A DNA stretch of 64,000 bases from an uncultured delta proteobacterium (GCA_963727625.1 CAVSHR010000006.1:256001-320000), one strand, 5' to 3'. Positions 24,757 to 34,826 are shown, counted from the stretch's first letter. A program made the numbers and translations. Notes: generated by a model not told the origin, from the letters alone.

Positions 24757-24874
24757 GACCTCCGTCACAATTTTCTGAGTTCAGGAATCGCGCTTATGGT
24801 AAAGCTTAAACGTGGCGGTAAGCAAGGGTAGTAAAGATGTGCTTATGCATGAGTCGTGTGGTTCCGCCAAGCGA

Positions 24875-25303
24875 TCAACGCAGAACCATTTTTTTGTGCG
24901 CAATGCCCGCTTCGTCGAAAACCGCGCCGACGGAGCGAAAGCCCATGGATTCATAAAAGCCGATCACCGGGACTTGAGCATGGAGATAAATTTTTCTGGC
25001 GCCGAGTTTCTTAGCCGTCGTAATTGAGCGTTTGAGCAATCTCGTCCCGACGCCTTTGCGCCGATAAGTTTTTAGCACGGCCATGCGTCCGATCTTGGCG
25101 CTGCCGCGGCGCAGGACGATCCGCGCAGTGCCCACTGCCCGACCCGCGGTGATCGCCAAAAAATGAATCGCGCTTGCGTCGTCGCCATCGAGCTCGATCT
25201 CGGCGGGCACATGCTGCTCGCGCACGAACACGCGTATGCGTATGGCAAAGGCTTTTTTCAAATGTTGTGAAGAGGAAACTCGCCTGATTTGTACTGCCGC
25301 CAA
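24875..25303 (-). CDS. GNAT N-acetyltransferase (ElaA/YjcF-like)
   Basis: IRIRVFVREQ, IGRMAV, RRKGVG, LHAQ and EAGIAH motifs. Confidence 0.85.
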   Translation of the reverse strand: MAAVQIRRVSSSQHLKKAFAIRIRVFVREQHVPAEIELDGDDASAIHFLAITAGRAVGTARIVLRRGSAKIGRMAVLKTYRRKGVGTRLLKRSITTAKKLGARKIYLHAQVPVIGFYESMGFRSVGAVFDEAGIAHKKMVLR

Positions 25304-25357
25304 ATTCGTAGGGTCCTTGCCGATTGCCTGGTGATGAACTTGGATTTATCGTGGCGC

Positions 25358-26128
25358 CTATTCCCACAGTCCTTCGGGCAACGGCAGGCCTGCGAGATCG
25401 TCGGCGCTTAGCCGGCCGGCCGGTTCGATGCCGAAGCGTTCGAGCACGGCGATCAGTTGGCGCGTATGCTGCGCCGAGTGCCAGGTCGAGCGCTCGAAGA
25501 GCTGGTGCAACGGCGGCGCGCCGTAAAATGTCTTGACCTTTTGCCGGCAGGATTTGTCGTTGAGCCGGTCCCACCAGGTTTCGACTCGCGCGATCGTTTC
25601 TTCGCCATAAGCGGCGATCTCCGCGCCGGTCAAGCAGGTCCCGTCCTCAGGCGGAATGTTGGCGTTGTTGACTCGATACTCAACCTCGTCGATGGCGGTT
25701 TGGAGAAACGCTTCGGCGATTCGAAAAATATGGTGGCTCATGAGCCGGATCGAACGGTCGCGATTATCGATCACCCGCTCCACTAGCCGTTCATCGGGTA
25801 TCTGCCGGATATAACGTCGCGCAGCGCGTAAGACCTCCACCCATTTCGTTAAAATAATTTCCGGCGGCAGGGGCGTCTGCCCCGTCCCTTGCACGCCGAC
25901 GAACTCGGCAACATCTTCGAGATTCTGGCAAAAGACATACTGCCCGTCTCGCGCCAGCACCGGTACGGTGCGCACCCCAAGCTTGTGAAGTTGCTCTTGC
26001 CCGGCGGGATCGTTTAATACGTCGACGGCGCTGAATTCAATGCCTTTCCTCGAAAGAAACTCTTTCGTTCTAAGGCAACTGCTTCAGCCCGGCTGCGTGT
26101 ACAGAACGAGCGGCTCGGCGTTCTCCAT
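25358..26128 (-). CDS. Glutaredoxin-like (UxxC) / DinB-family fusion, predicted selenoprotein, 256 aa
   Basis: ATG 26128 gives MENAEPLVLYTQPG-TGA(26086-26084)-SSCLRTKEFLSRKGIEF...RTVPVL, in frame with ORF 25358..25975. The DinB part has HHIFR and WHSAQHTRQL. A SECIS-like hairpin follows the TGA. Confidence 0.85.
26041..26077 (-). promoter_or_regulatory. Putative bacterial SECIS element
   Basis: mRNA reads UGA-AGCAGUUGCCUUAGAA-CGAAAGA-GUU-UCUUUCG-AGGAAAGGCA: 7-bp upper stem, G-first apical loop starting 24 nt after the UGA. Confidence 0.7.
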
Positions 26129-26228
26129 AATTTTTACAATCCGTGGACCGCGTTCTTGTCCGACACCTATCAACGACTCAAAAAGGTTTCAAGCGAGATC
26201 AACAACCCGACCTCATGGCTAAATTCAC

Positions 26229-27125
26229 CTAACTCAAAGACCGGGTCGCGTCGTCAAACAGCTCATCGACCTCTAACTTGCGCGGAATAAGCCGCTGCTG
26301 CACGGAGTAGTGAATGATCAGCTCCAGGCTGCGCCGTATATTCTCTACGCCGAACTGGATCGGGTCGAGCACTTTTTCCGCGGCCGGTGCGGCTTGTTTG
26401 CTCGCGCGCAACAACTGAAAAATTTCCTTAACGGCCGCGGGATTCGACTTTGTCAGCGATTCCTTGACGACCAGCATGTGGTTGATGGGCCGCACGCCGT
26501 AGCGGCGGCACCATGAGCGCGCCGCGTCGTCGGGATTCGCAATCACCGAGCGCAGCCGGGGGTCTTTAAGATCGCCGCCGCCGACCAGCCCGGCATCGAT
26601 CTCGCCATCGAAAAGCATCTGCACGAGCTGTTTGCCGTCGGGCGCGCGCTCCGCCGTCGGCGGATCTCGATACTCGGCGACATGCGGCTCTTCAAAGGTC
26701 ACCCACTTGATCGTGTCGAGGTCGACGCTGTGATCGTTCTGGAGAATGCCGCGCATCCACGCCGCGGTGGTCACCGAATAGGCGCGGATGCCGACGCGCT
26801 TGCCGCCAAGGTCGGACGGAGCCAGCCGGCCGCGCTCGGCGTTATAAGCGAGAAACGGATGCGGCAACGTGCCGACCACTACGGCAGGCAACAAGACTAA
26901 CGGCTTGCCATACGCTTTGGCCTGCAGGTAGGTCACGATGGCCAGCTCGGCAACGTCGTACTTCAGATGGCGCACGACTTCTTTAAAAGCCGTGTTCGGC
27001 ACTTTCACGTCGGCGAAGTCGAGTATGATGTTCGGCGCCCGCACTTCGCCGTTCTTTAATGCCAAGGTGTTGGGATAATCGCCCAGCAGCGTTCGCAGTG
27101 TGAGAGGCTCTGAAGCGTCGCTCAT
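26229..27125 (-). CDS. 4,5-dihydroxyphthalate decarboxylase-like periplasmic-binding-fold protein
   Basis: YDVAELAI, DLGGKRVGIRAYSVT, GEIDAG, PINH and QQRLIPR motifs. No signal peptide. Confidence 0.7.
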   Translation of the reverse strand: MSDASEPLTLRTLLGDYPNTLALKNGEVRAPNIILDFADVKVPNTAFKEVVRHLKYDVAELAIVTYLQAKAYGKPLVLLPAVVVGTLPHPFLAYNAERGRLAPSDLGGKRVGIRAYSVTTAAWMRGILQNDHSVDLDTIKWVTFEEPHVAEYRDPPTAERAPDGKQLVQMLFDGEIDAGLVGGGDLKDPRLRSVIANPDDAARSWCRRYGVRPINHMLVVKESLTKSNPAAVKEIFQLLRASKQAAPAAEKVLDPIQFGVENIRRSLELIIHYSVQQRLIPRKLEVDELFDDATRSLS

Positions 27126-27354
27126 TTCCCGCTACTCCTCATTGGACTCCATCCGAGATCTTCGGCTTGCCGCAAGCGATTTTACCGCGACAATCCAACT
27201 TCGCGGACGTCGTTTCTCGTACCACCATCGTGGTTTTGGGGCAATACGGGATCGATCGACGAGCCATACCGCAGCCGTCGTAGATTGACCGGGAATCAAC
27301 ATCTGCAATGTCCCGGCTCGAAACCGTAAGAAAGCTCTGCTACGATCGTCAGCA

Positions 27355-28152
27355 ATGAAATCCATTCGTAGAGTTTTGACCATCGCCGGCTCCGACTCGG
27401 GCGCGGGCGCCGGCATCCAGGCCGATCTGAAAACCTTTGCCGCGCTCGGCGTCTACGGCACTTCGGCAATCACCGCGATCACCGCGCAGAACACCGTTGG
27501 GGTAACCCAAGTCTTGGCGTTAAGTCCCAAGCTCGTCGCCGCGCAGATCGACGCGGTGATCGACGACATCGGCGCGCACGCGCTCAAGACCGGCATGTTA
27601 GCCAATCGGGTGATCATCGAAGTCGTCGCCAATAAAGTCCAGCAACATCGGCTAAGAAATCTCGTGGTCGACCCGGTGATGGTGGCGACCTCCGGCGATC
27701 TGCTGATCAAGAGAAATGCCGTGGCGGCGCTGCGCTCTCGACTCCTTCCGCTGGCAAGCGTAATTACGCCCAATCTTCCGGAAGCCGAAGAACTCACCGG
27801 CATGAAGCTACGCACTTGGGAAGAGATCGAGGCCGCGGCCCGGCAAATCGTCGCCATGGGTGCAAAGACGGTCATCATCAAGGGCGGCCATCGCAAAGGA
27901 CCGGCGGTTGACTTATTTTTCGACGGAAAGACGTTTCACGCTCTCGTCGCACCGCGCATTCGGACCAAGAATACCCATGGCACCGGCTGCACACTGTCGG
28001 CGGCGATCGCGGCTTACCTGGCCAAGGGCGAAAATATCGAGAGCGCCGTGCGCGCCGCCAAGAAATACGTCACCGCAGCGATCCGCGCCGGTTTTACCAT
28101 TGGCGCCGGCCACAGCCCGGTGCACCACTTTCACAGATTCTGGAAAACTTAA
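27355..28152 (+). CDS. thiD: Hydroxymethylpyrimidine/phosphomethylpyrimidine kinase
   Basis: TIAGSDSGAGAGIQADLKT, VVDPVM, TPNLPE and THGTGCTLS motifs. Confidence 0.95.
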   Translation: MKSIRRVLTIAGSDSGAGAGIQADLKTFAALGVYGTSAITAITAQNTVGVTQVLALSPKLVAAQIDAVIDDIGAHALKTGMLANRVIIEVVANKVQQHRLRNLVVDPVMVATSGDLLIKRNAVAALRSRLLPLASVITPNLPEAEELTGMKLRTWEEIEAAARQIVAMGAKTVIIKGGHRKGPAVDLFFDGKTFHALVAPRIRTKNTHGTGCTLSAAIAAYLAKGENIESAVRAAKKYVTAAIRAGFTIGAGHSPVHHFHRFWKT

Positions 28153-28193
28153 AATCTTACGACGGGCGGATCGAGGGCCGCACGGCGGAACGC

Positions 28194-28949
28194 TTACTTG
28201 CCGCCCTGTTCCATGTCGACGATAATGGCGCGCGCGGCGCTGACCGGATCGCCGGATTCGAGGATCGGCCGGCCGACGACGATATAATCGACGCCCGCGC
28301 GCACCGCATCGAATGGCGTCATGACGCGCTGTTGGTCGTTGCGCTTGCTCTCAGCGGGGCGAATACCAGGGGTGACGATCACGAAACTCGGCCCGCACGC
28401 CGTGCGAATATCGGCGACCTCATGGGGCGAGGCGACGACACCGTCCATTCCCGCTTCCTTGGTCAAGAGCGCGAGGCGGACCACCTGATCGGCCACTTTA
28501 TGCTCGATGCCGACGCGCTGAAGATCATCCTGATTTAAGCTGGTCAATACCGTCACGCCCAACATAATCGGCCGGCGCAGCTTCTGCCGGCGGCAAACCC
28601 GTTCCACTTCTTTCACCGTCGTGCGCATCATTTCCAAACTGCCGGAGGCATGCACGTTGAACATCTTGACGCCTAATCGCGTCGCCTCGACGGCCGCCTT
28701 GGCGACCGTGTTGGGAATGTCGTGAAATTTTAGGTCCAAGAAAATTTCGCCGCCGAGTTCTTGAATCAACTGCACCGCTTGGGGCCCGGCGTGGGTGAAG
28801 AGTTGTTTGCCGACTTTGAACAAGCCGACTTCGCCGGCGAGCAGTTGCACGAACTCCTTGGCCTGCTTCAGCGTGTCGACGTCGAGAGCAACGATCAAAC
28901 GCTCGCGCATGGATCCCCGTCTACGCACCAGCTCGAGCTTGGATGCCAT
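28194..28949 (-). CDS. pyrF: Orotidine 5'-phosphate decarboxylase
   Basis: IVALD, FLDLKFHDIPNTV, VTPGIR and VVGRPI motifs. Confidence 0.97.
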   Translation of the reverse strand: MASKLELVRRRGSMRERLIVALDVDTLKQAKEFVQLLAGEVGLFKVGKQLFTHAGPQAVQLIQELGGEIFLDLKFHDIPNTVAKAAVEATRLGVKMFNVHASGSLEMMRTTVKEVERVCRRQKLRRPIMLGVTVLTSLNQDDLQRVGIEHKVADQVVRLALLTKEAGMDGVVASPHEVADIRTACGPSFVIVTPGIRPAESKRNDQQRVMTPFDAVRAGVDYIVVGRPILESGDPVSAARAIIVDMEQGGK

Positions 28950-28951
28950 GG

Positions 28952-30679
28952 CTATGTTTGCACCGTCTGGTTTAGGAAGGCTTGCAATTTTTTGATGCTC
29001 TCGGCCAAGGGAATTTCTTCGGTCTGACCGTCCTGCCGGCGGCGCAGCTCGATAGAGCCTTTTTCCAAGCCTTTGGCGCCGATGGTCACGCGCAGAGGAA
29101 TTCCGACCAAGTCGGCGTCTTTGAACTTGACACCCGGCCGTTCGTCGCGGTCGTCGAGCAGGACCTCGACGCCGTTTTGTTGCAGCGCTTGATAGAGTCT
29201 GTCGGCGACGTCGCGGATCGCTTTGTCGTTGTAATTGATCGGCAGGAGCAGAATCTGGAACGGTGCGATGGAAAACGGCCAGATGATGCCGTTGACGTCG
29301 TGGTTCTGCTCGATCGCGGCGGCCACCATACGACTGATACCGATGCCGTAGCAGCCCATCTCGATGGGCCGTTCGCGCCCCTCGGCGTCGAGGTAGGTAG
29401 CGCCCATCGCTTCGCTGTACTTGGTGCCGAGATAAAAGACCTGCCCCACTTCGATGCCGCGGTGGGTTTCGAGCGTCCCCTGCTCACAGCGCGGGCAAGG
29501 GTCGCCGGTCACGGCGAGGCGCAAATCGGCGAACGCCGGGGGGGTAAAATCGCGCTCCTGATCGACTTCGATGAAATGAGCGTCCGGCTCGTTGGCGCCG
29601 GTCACCGCGCCACGCAGGCCGTGGATGCCCAGGTCGGCGATGGTTCGAAGCTTCAAACCGATCGGCCCGAGAAATCCCGGTACCACACCCGCGGCCACCG
29701 CCACCGCCGCTTCATCGGCCAAAGTCAGCTCTTTGCATTTCAACACTGCGCGCAGTTTGAGCTCGTTGATCTCGTGATCGCCGCGCACCAAGGCAGCGAC
29801 CAGCTCGTCACCGTCGGTTTTGTAAACCAGCGTCTTGATAAATTTGTCGGCCGGCAGTTTGAGAAATGCCGCGACCTCGGCGACGCTTTTTTTGCCGGGC
29901 GTCGAGACCTTTTCGAGCTTTGGCGATTCTTCTGTGATGTCGCGCCCGGCGGCCCGGCGCGCTTTGATTTCGGCCTTTTCCCTGTTGGCCGCGTAGTCGC
30001 AGCTGTTGCAGCTGACTATGGCGTCTTCGCCGGACTCGGCGAGCACCTGGAATTCATGCGACTGGCTGCCGCCGATAGCGCCGGTGTCGGCCTCGACAGG
30101 GCGAAACCTCAAACCGCAGCGGCTGAAAATCCGCTTATAGGTTTCATACATGTTGTCGTATTCGCGCCGGCAGTCGTCAACGTCGGTGTGAAAGCTGTAG
30201 GCGTCTTTCATAATGAACTCGCGGCCGCGCATCAAACCGAAGCGCGGCCTGACTTCGTCGCGGAATTTGGTCTGAATCTGGTAGAGATTGAACGGCAGCT
30301 CGCGATAGGAGCGCACCGAACGGCGCACCAGATCGGTGATGATCTCCTCGTGCGTCGGCCCGAGACAAAAATCCCGATCATGGCGGTCTTTGAAACGCAA
30401 AAGCTCCTTGCCGTACATTTCCCAGCGCCCGCTTTCCTTCCACAACTCGGCGGGGGCGCAGATCGGCATCAAGAGTTCCTGGGCCCCGGCCCGGTCCATT
30501 TCCTCGCGCACGATCCGTTCGATCTTGCGGATGACTCGCAGAGCCAAAGGGAAATAGTCGTAAACGCCGCGGCTGATCTGTCGGATGTAGCCGGCGCGCA
30601 CGAGCAGCTTATGGCTGATCACTTCGGCATCGGCTGGATCTTCTTTGAGGGTCGGGATGAGGGTCTTGCTCCAACGCAT
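28952..30679 (-). CDS. proS: Proline--tRNA ligase (bacterial type with editing insertion)
   Basis: LGPTHEE, KFRDEVRPRFGLMRGREFIMKDAYSF and MGCYGIG motifs. Confidence 0.98.
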   Translation of the reverse strand: MRWSKTLIPTLKEDPADAEVISHKLLVRAGYIRQISRGVYDYFPLALRVIRKIERIVREEMDRAGAQELLMPICAPAELWKESGRWEMYGKELLRFKDRHDRDFCLGPTHEEIITDLVRRSVRSYRELPFNLYQIQTKFRDEVRPRFGLMRGREFIMKDAYSFHTDVDDCRREYDNMYETYKRIFSRCGLRFRPVEADTGAIGGSQSHEFQVLAESGEDAIVSCNSCDYAANREKAEIKARRAAGRDITEESPKLEKVSTPGKKSVAEVAAFLKLPADKFIKTLVYKTDGDELVAALVRGDHEINELKLRAVLKCKELTLADEAAVAVAAGVVPGFLGPIGLKLRTIADLGIHGLRGAVTGANEPDAHFIEVDQERDFTPPAFADLRLAVTGDPCPRCEQGTLETHRGIEVGQVFYLGTKYSEAMGATYLDAEGRERPIEMGCYGIGISRMVAAAIEQNHDVNGIIWPFSIAPFQILLLPINYNDKAIRDVADRLYQALQQNGVEVLLDDRDERPGVKFKDADLVGIPLRVTIGAKGLEKGSIELRRRQDGQTEEIPLAESIKKLQAFLNQTVQT

Positions 30680-30773
30680 AAATTGGTCCGAGTATCGCTA
30701 ATCTTGTTATCGCAACTCCTGCAAATTTTCCGGCGCGCTAGCCGTACTGTGTGATTCGATAAAATTCCTATCG

Positions 30774-30843
30774 CACCATGAGGGACATGAAAATCACGAA
30801 GTTTAAGAGTTTATTCATTCCAAAACTCCGCACCTGCTCGGTG
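30774..30843. repeat. Degenerate 9-mer periodic palindrome
   Basis: caccatgag-ggacatgaa-aatcacgaa-g ... ctccgcacctgctcggtg. Confidence 0.4.
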
Positions 30844-30973
30844 AATCCGGTACTTGCTCCTTTGGAAGCCGCTCGGTTGCACAAGATTCGTTGCGGTCAA
30901 GTCTCTAGCCTTCTTTGACCATGGTGTAGCCGCGCCGGATCAAGCTAGCCTACTGAAATGGGGGAGAGGAAAA

Positions 30974-32074
30974 TTACGCTTCCGCGGCGGTTGTGACCCG
31001 TTCGGCGTCCTTCTCGGCGGCAAATTGTTTGACTTCTTCCATTAAGGCGTCGACGATCTCGGCCTCCGGGACCTTGCGAATAATTTCGCCTCGCTTGAAA
31101 ATCAAGCCGATGCCTTTGCCGCCGGCAACGCCGAGGTCCGCCGCCCGGGCTTCTCCCGGGCCGTTGACTTCGCAGCCCATAACCGCCACGTGAATATTGA
31201 GATTGCTATAGGGCAACATTCGCTCTTCCACCGCTTTGGCCAAGGCAACGAGATCGACGTCGGCCCGGCCGCAGGATGGACAGGCGACGAAGCTCAGCCC
31301 CTCTTTTCTAAGTTGCAGCGCCTTGAGAATCTCGGTGCCGACGCGCACCTCTTCGACCGGATCGGCGGCCAACGAGACGCGAATCGTGTCGCCGATGCCC
31401 TCGGCAAGCAACGTGCCCAAACCGATGGCGGACTTGATCGTGCCCACCGTCGGCGTGCCCGCCTCGGTCACACCGAGATGAAACGGATAATCGACCTGGT
31501 CGGCGAGCATGCGGTAGGCTTCGATCATCATCACAGGGTCGGAAGCTTTGAGCGAAATTTTGATTTCCCGATAGCCCAATTCTTCGAGGATATGAATATG
31601 GCGCAGGCCGCTTTCCACCATTCCCTGGGCCGTCGGTCCGTCGTATTTTTGCAGCAGGTCTTTTTCCAACGAGCCGGCGTTGACTCCGATGCGTATCGGA
31701 ATCTTGCGCTCAGAGGCGGCTTTGACTACTTCGTCGACGTACTTGCGCGCGCCGATATTGCCCGGGTTCAAGCGCAAACCGTCCACACCCTGCTCGATAG
31801 CGATCAACGCCAACTTATAATTGAAGTGGATATCGGCAACTAGCGGAATGCGAATTCGTTTCTTGATTTCGCGCAGTTGTTCCGCCGCTTCGCGCACCGG
31901 CACGGCGCACCGTACGATCTCGCAGCCGGCCGCTTCGAGGTCCCAGATTTGCTGCACGGTGGCGCGCACGTCGCGGGTGTCGGTTTTGGTCATCGACTGC
32001 ACCGTGACCGGCGCATCGCCGCCGATTTTGACCTTGCCGAGCTGAATCTGTCTGGATTTGCGGCGCTGGATCAC
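30974..32074 (-). CDS. ispG: (E)-4-hydroxy-3-methylbut-2-enyl-diphosphate synthase
   Basis: VQSMT, PLVADIHF, RLNPGNIG, CPSCGR and GCEVNGPGE motifs. Confidence 0.97.
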   Translation of the reverse strand: MIQRRKSRQIQLGKVKIGGDAPVTVQSMTKTDTRDVRATVQQIWDLEAAGCEIVRCAVPVREAAEQLREIKKRIRIPLVADIHFNYKLALIAIEQGVDGLRLNPGNIGARKYVDEVVKAASERKIPIRIGVNAGSLEKDLLQKYDGPTAQGMVESGLRHIHILEELGYREIKISLKASDPVMMIEAYRMLADQVDYPFHLGVTEAGTPTVGTIKSAIGLGTLLAEGIGDTIRVSLAADPVEEVRVGTEILKALQLRKEGLSFVACPSCGRADVDLVALAKAVEERMLPYSNLNIHVAVMGCEVNGPGEARAADLGVAGGKGIGLIFKRGEIIRKVPEAEIVDALMEEVKQFAAEKDAERVTTAAEA

Positions 32075-32080
32075 AGGTCT

Positions 32081-32109
32081 ACTATAGAGAAGCCGTGAGG
32101 GTGGGTCAA
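32081..32109 (-). promoter_or_regulatory. Sigma70 promoter giving a probably leaderless ispG mRNA
   Basis: TTGACC-17-TATAGT-6 nt-GTG, no SD. Confidence 0.65.
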
Positions 32110-32140
32110 TGCGCTCATCCTCACGCCGTCGACGGCTGGC

Positions 32141-32956
32141 TTAAACGTCCTCGTCTTCCGGAATAGAGGTCGCGGCTGGTTTGACGGACATTTCCTGCGG
32201 CTTTGCAGCCTGATTTTCCGACACCGGCCGATCGGCTCCTTCTCTCCTCTTGCGATCCCCCTCCGGGATGATCAGCAAGCGACGATAGTATCCTTGCCCG
32301 AGACTTTTGGTCGACACCCAGGGATCGTCCTGCAACGCAGTGTGAATGATCCGGCGGTCGGCCGCGCTCAGCGCATCCACCGTCACGGTCTTTCTCTGCC
32401 GTTTGGCCTTTTCGCCGAGGCGTAATGCCATGTCTTCCAGGGACTTACGGCGCCGTTCCCGGTAACTTTCGACGTCGACGACCACGCGCGGCTCATCACT
32501 GTCGGGGCGCTCGCCGGCGATGCGCGTGACGAGATACTGCAATGCTTCGAGGGTCTGGCCTTTACGGCCGATCAAGAGCCCGCTGTTTTCCGCCTGGACT
32601 TCGAGAACCGTCTCATCGCCCGTGGTCGAAGGCTTTCGTTGCACGGTCGCTTTGATACCCATCAAGCGAAAAATCTCGTTCAGAGCGGCATGGGCTTTTT
32701 CGGTGACCGCTGAGTTTTCGATTGGAGTAGGCGAGGGCTGGTTGACACTCGGCTGGATCTCGGGCTTTTTCAATGGAGCCGCGGACGTGCGCAGCTCGGC
32801 GCGCACTTTGGCTTTCTGCGCCCCAAATCCCAAAATTCCCTTGCGCCCTTCGGATATTATTTCAACGCTGATCTTTTCACGCTCTACCCCGAGCAAATTG
32901 AGGGCATTGGCAATCGCCGCGTCGATTGTGTCGCCTTCGGTTTCCACGAAATCCAT
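32141..32956 (-). CDS. jag: RNA-binding protein Jag/EloR (Jag_N, KH, R3H)
   Basis: GRKGILGFG, LIGRKGQTLEALQY and DRRIIH motifs, downstream of yidC. Confidence 0.92.
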   Translation of the reverse strand: MDFVETEGDTIDAAIANALNLLGVEREKISVEIISEGRKGILGFGAQKAKVRAELRTSAAPLKKPEIQPSVNQPSPTPIENSAVTEKAHAALNEIFRLMGIKATVQRKPSTTGDETVLEVQAENSGLLIGRKGQTLEALQYLVTRIAGERPDSDEPRVVVDVESYRERRRKSLEDMALRLGEKAKRQRKTVTVDALSAADRRIIHTALQDDPWVSTKSLGQGYYRRLLIIPEGDRKRREGADRPVSENQAAKPQEMSVKPAATSIPEDEDV

Positions 32957-32981
32957 AAATCAAGCCTTTCCCACAGGGGGC

Positions 32982-34595
32982 CTAATTTTGCTTGCGGTTG
33001 ATCCAGTACTGTTGGCCGATGGTCAAAAGGTTATTGACCAGCCAGTAAACGGTTAATCCAGCGGGAAATGACACGAACATGAAGGTAAAGATCAAAGGCA
33101 TCAACATCATCATCTTGCGCTGGTTCGGATCCCCAGCCGTCGGTGTCATCCATTGTTGAAGAAACATGCTGGCGCCCATGAAAATCGTGAGCACGGGAAT
33201 GCCCAGGTGCCAACTGCCAAGCGTGAACGGCAGCGACTGCCAGTCCGGCCGCGAGAGATCTTTGATCCACAAAAACGGCGCGTGTCTGAGCTCGATAGGC
33301 GTGCCCAAGGCGCTGTAAAGACCGTAAAATACGGGTAGTTGAAACACCATGGGCAAGCAGCCGCCGAGCGGGTTAACGCCGTTCCGGCGGTAAAGCTCCA
33401 TGATTTCCTTGTTGAGCTTCTCCTTGTCATTGCTGAACTTTTCCTTCAGCCGCTCCATCTGGGGCTGGAGCTTTTGCATCTGCTTCATCGACACATAGCT
33501 TTTATGTGTAAGCGGCGCCATCAACAGCTTGATAAGCACCGTCAGCAGGATAATGTCGATCCCGTAGCTTCCCGTAAAGCGATGGAAAAAATGCAATACG
33601 TAAAGAAACGGCACCGAGATAAAGCCAAAATAGCCGAAATTGATGGAGCGCTCGAAGCCTTTGCCCACCGCCTTCAAAATATCGAGTTCTTTCGGCCCGA
33701 CGAAAACCGTATAGCGCTCGGTCGGGCTGCTACCGCGGATCGCTCCGATCAGCGCGGCGCCGTCCCGGCTTACCGAAACATAATGCTGCGCGCCGTTTTC
33801 CGGCACCAGGGCGAAGAAAAAATAGGTATGGCCGAACCCGGCCCATGACACATCGCCGTTAAATTCATGCCCCTTGACGGCCTCAGCCGGCGGTTCCCGC
33901 TTGATCTTGTTATCGACCAGGGCGATAAAACCCTCGAACGGAGCGTCGTGATTGGGCACGGCGTGATCGCTCTTATCGGTGAGCAACACTTCCGGTGCCG
34001 GAGCAGCGCCCGCCGCGGTTTTGACGGCGACCTCCAATTGGATCGGATAGGCGTCTCCGGAAAAGGTCAGCGATTTGCTGATCACCGTGCCATCCGGCGT
34101 TTGACCTTGGAACAGCAGAGTTGCTTTGGCATCACCCGTTAAAACCAAATCCTTGCCGTTGACCTTGTAAACCAGGTTTTCATCGGTGAAGGGCTCTGGC
34201 GCTTGCCAACGCACCCCCAAGGGCAACGGTACACCGGGCGCTGCTTGAACGATTTCAAAGGGTGGACTGTTTTCGTCGGCCGAGCTGCGATATTTCCTGA
34301 ATTTGAAGCTCTTCAGCCGCGCGCCCCGGGTGGTAAAAACGGCGATGTAGTTTTCTGTTTCAACCTTGATCTCGCGCGCTGGTTGAGCGGCGGGAATCCC
34401 CGCTGCTGCTTGCGCAACGGGAGCGGGAGCCGTGGCTTTTGTTTCCGCCGGCGCAGCGTCGGTCTTCGCCACGCTCTTTTCCGCAACCGGCGCTGGGCCG
34501 GTAGTCGGCGTCGGGTAAAATTTCGAAATTAACTGCTGGTATACCACCAGCACGAAAATCGATAGCGCGATGCCAATAATTGCGCGTTTGTCCAT
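32982..34595 (-). CDS. yidC: Membrane protein insertase YidC
   Basis: NPLGGCLP, ELRHAPFLWIKDLS and PAGLTVYW motifs. Confidence 0.96.
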   Translation of the reverse strand: MDKRAIIGIALSIFVLVVYQQLISKFYPTPTTGPAPVAEKSVAKTDAAPAETKATAPAPVAQAAAGIPAAQPAREIKVETENYIAVFTTRGARLKSFKFRKYRSSADENSPPFEIVQAAPGVPLPLGVRWQAPEPFTDENLVYKVNGKDLVLTGDAKATLLFQGQTPDGTVISKSLTFSGDAYPIQLEVAVKTAAGAAPAPEVLLTDKSDHAVPNHDAPFEGFIALVDNKIKREPPAEAVKGHEFNGDVSWAGFGHTYFFFALVPENGAQHYVSVSRDGAALIGAIRGSSPTERYTVFVGPKELDILKAVGKGFERSINFGYFGFISVPFLYVLHFFHRFTGSYGIDIILLTVLIKLLMAPLTHKSYVSMKQMQKLQPQMERLKEKFSNDKEKLNKEIMELYRRNGVNPLGGCLPMVFQLPVFYGLYSALGTPIELRHAPFLWIKDLSRPDWQSLPFTLGSWHLGIPVLTIFMGASMFLQQWMTPTAGDPNQRKMMMLMPLIFTFMFVSFPAGLTVYWLVNNLLTIGQQYWINRKQN

Positions 34596-34604
34596 AGATC
34601 GATA

Positions 34605-34826
34605 TTACTTTACCGGATCGTATCCGCCAGGATGCCAGGGATGGCAACGCCCGATCCGGCCGAGACCGACGACAATGCCTTTGAGGATTCCGTATCTCCG
34701 AATGGCTTGTTCCATATAGATTGAGCAGCTGGGATAGAATCGGCAGGCACGCGGCAATACCGGTGACAGGATTCTGTGATAGCCGGCCGGCAACAACGAA
34801 AATACTCTACGCAGAATGCCCATCAT
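34605..34826 (-). CDS. yidD: Membrane protein insertion efficiency factor
   Basis: CRFYPSCS and RCHPWHPGGYDPV motifs. Start uncertain. Confidence 0.92.
   Translation of the reverse strand: MMGILRRVFSLLPAGYHRILSPVLPRACRFYPSCSIYMEQAIRRYGILKGIVVGLGRIGRCHPWHPGGYDPVK

Noticed and set aside
27126-27354. Possible TPP riboswitch or small ORF upstream of thiD
   Set aside because: No CTGAGA or ACCTGA-type TPP core is visible, and the short ORFs have no recognisable features.
28982-30754. 590-aa ORF antisense to proS
   Set aside because: It is in exact codon register with proS, has no recognisable motifs, and is expected from codon bias in GC-rich genes.
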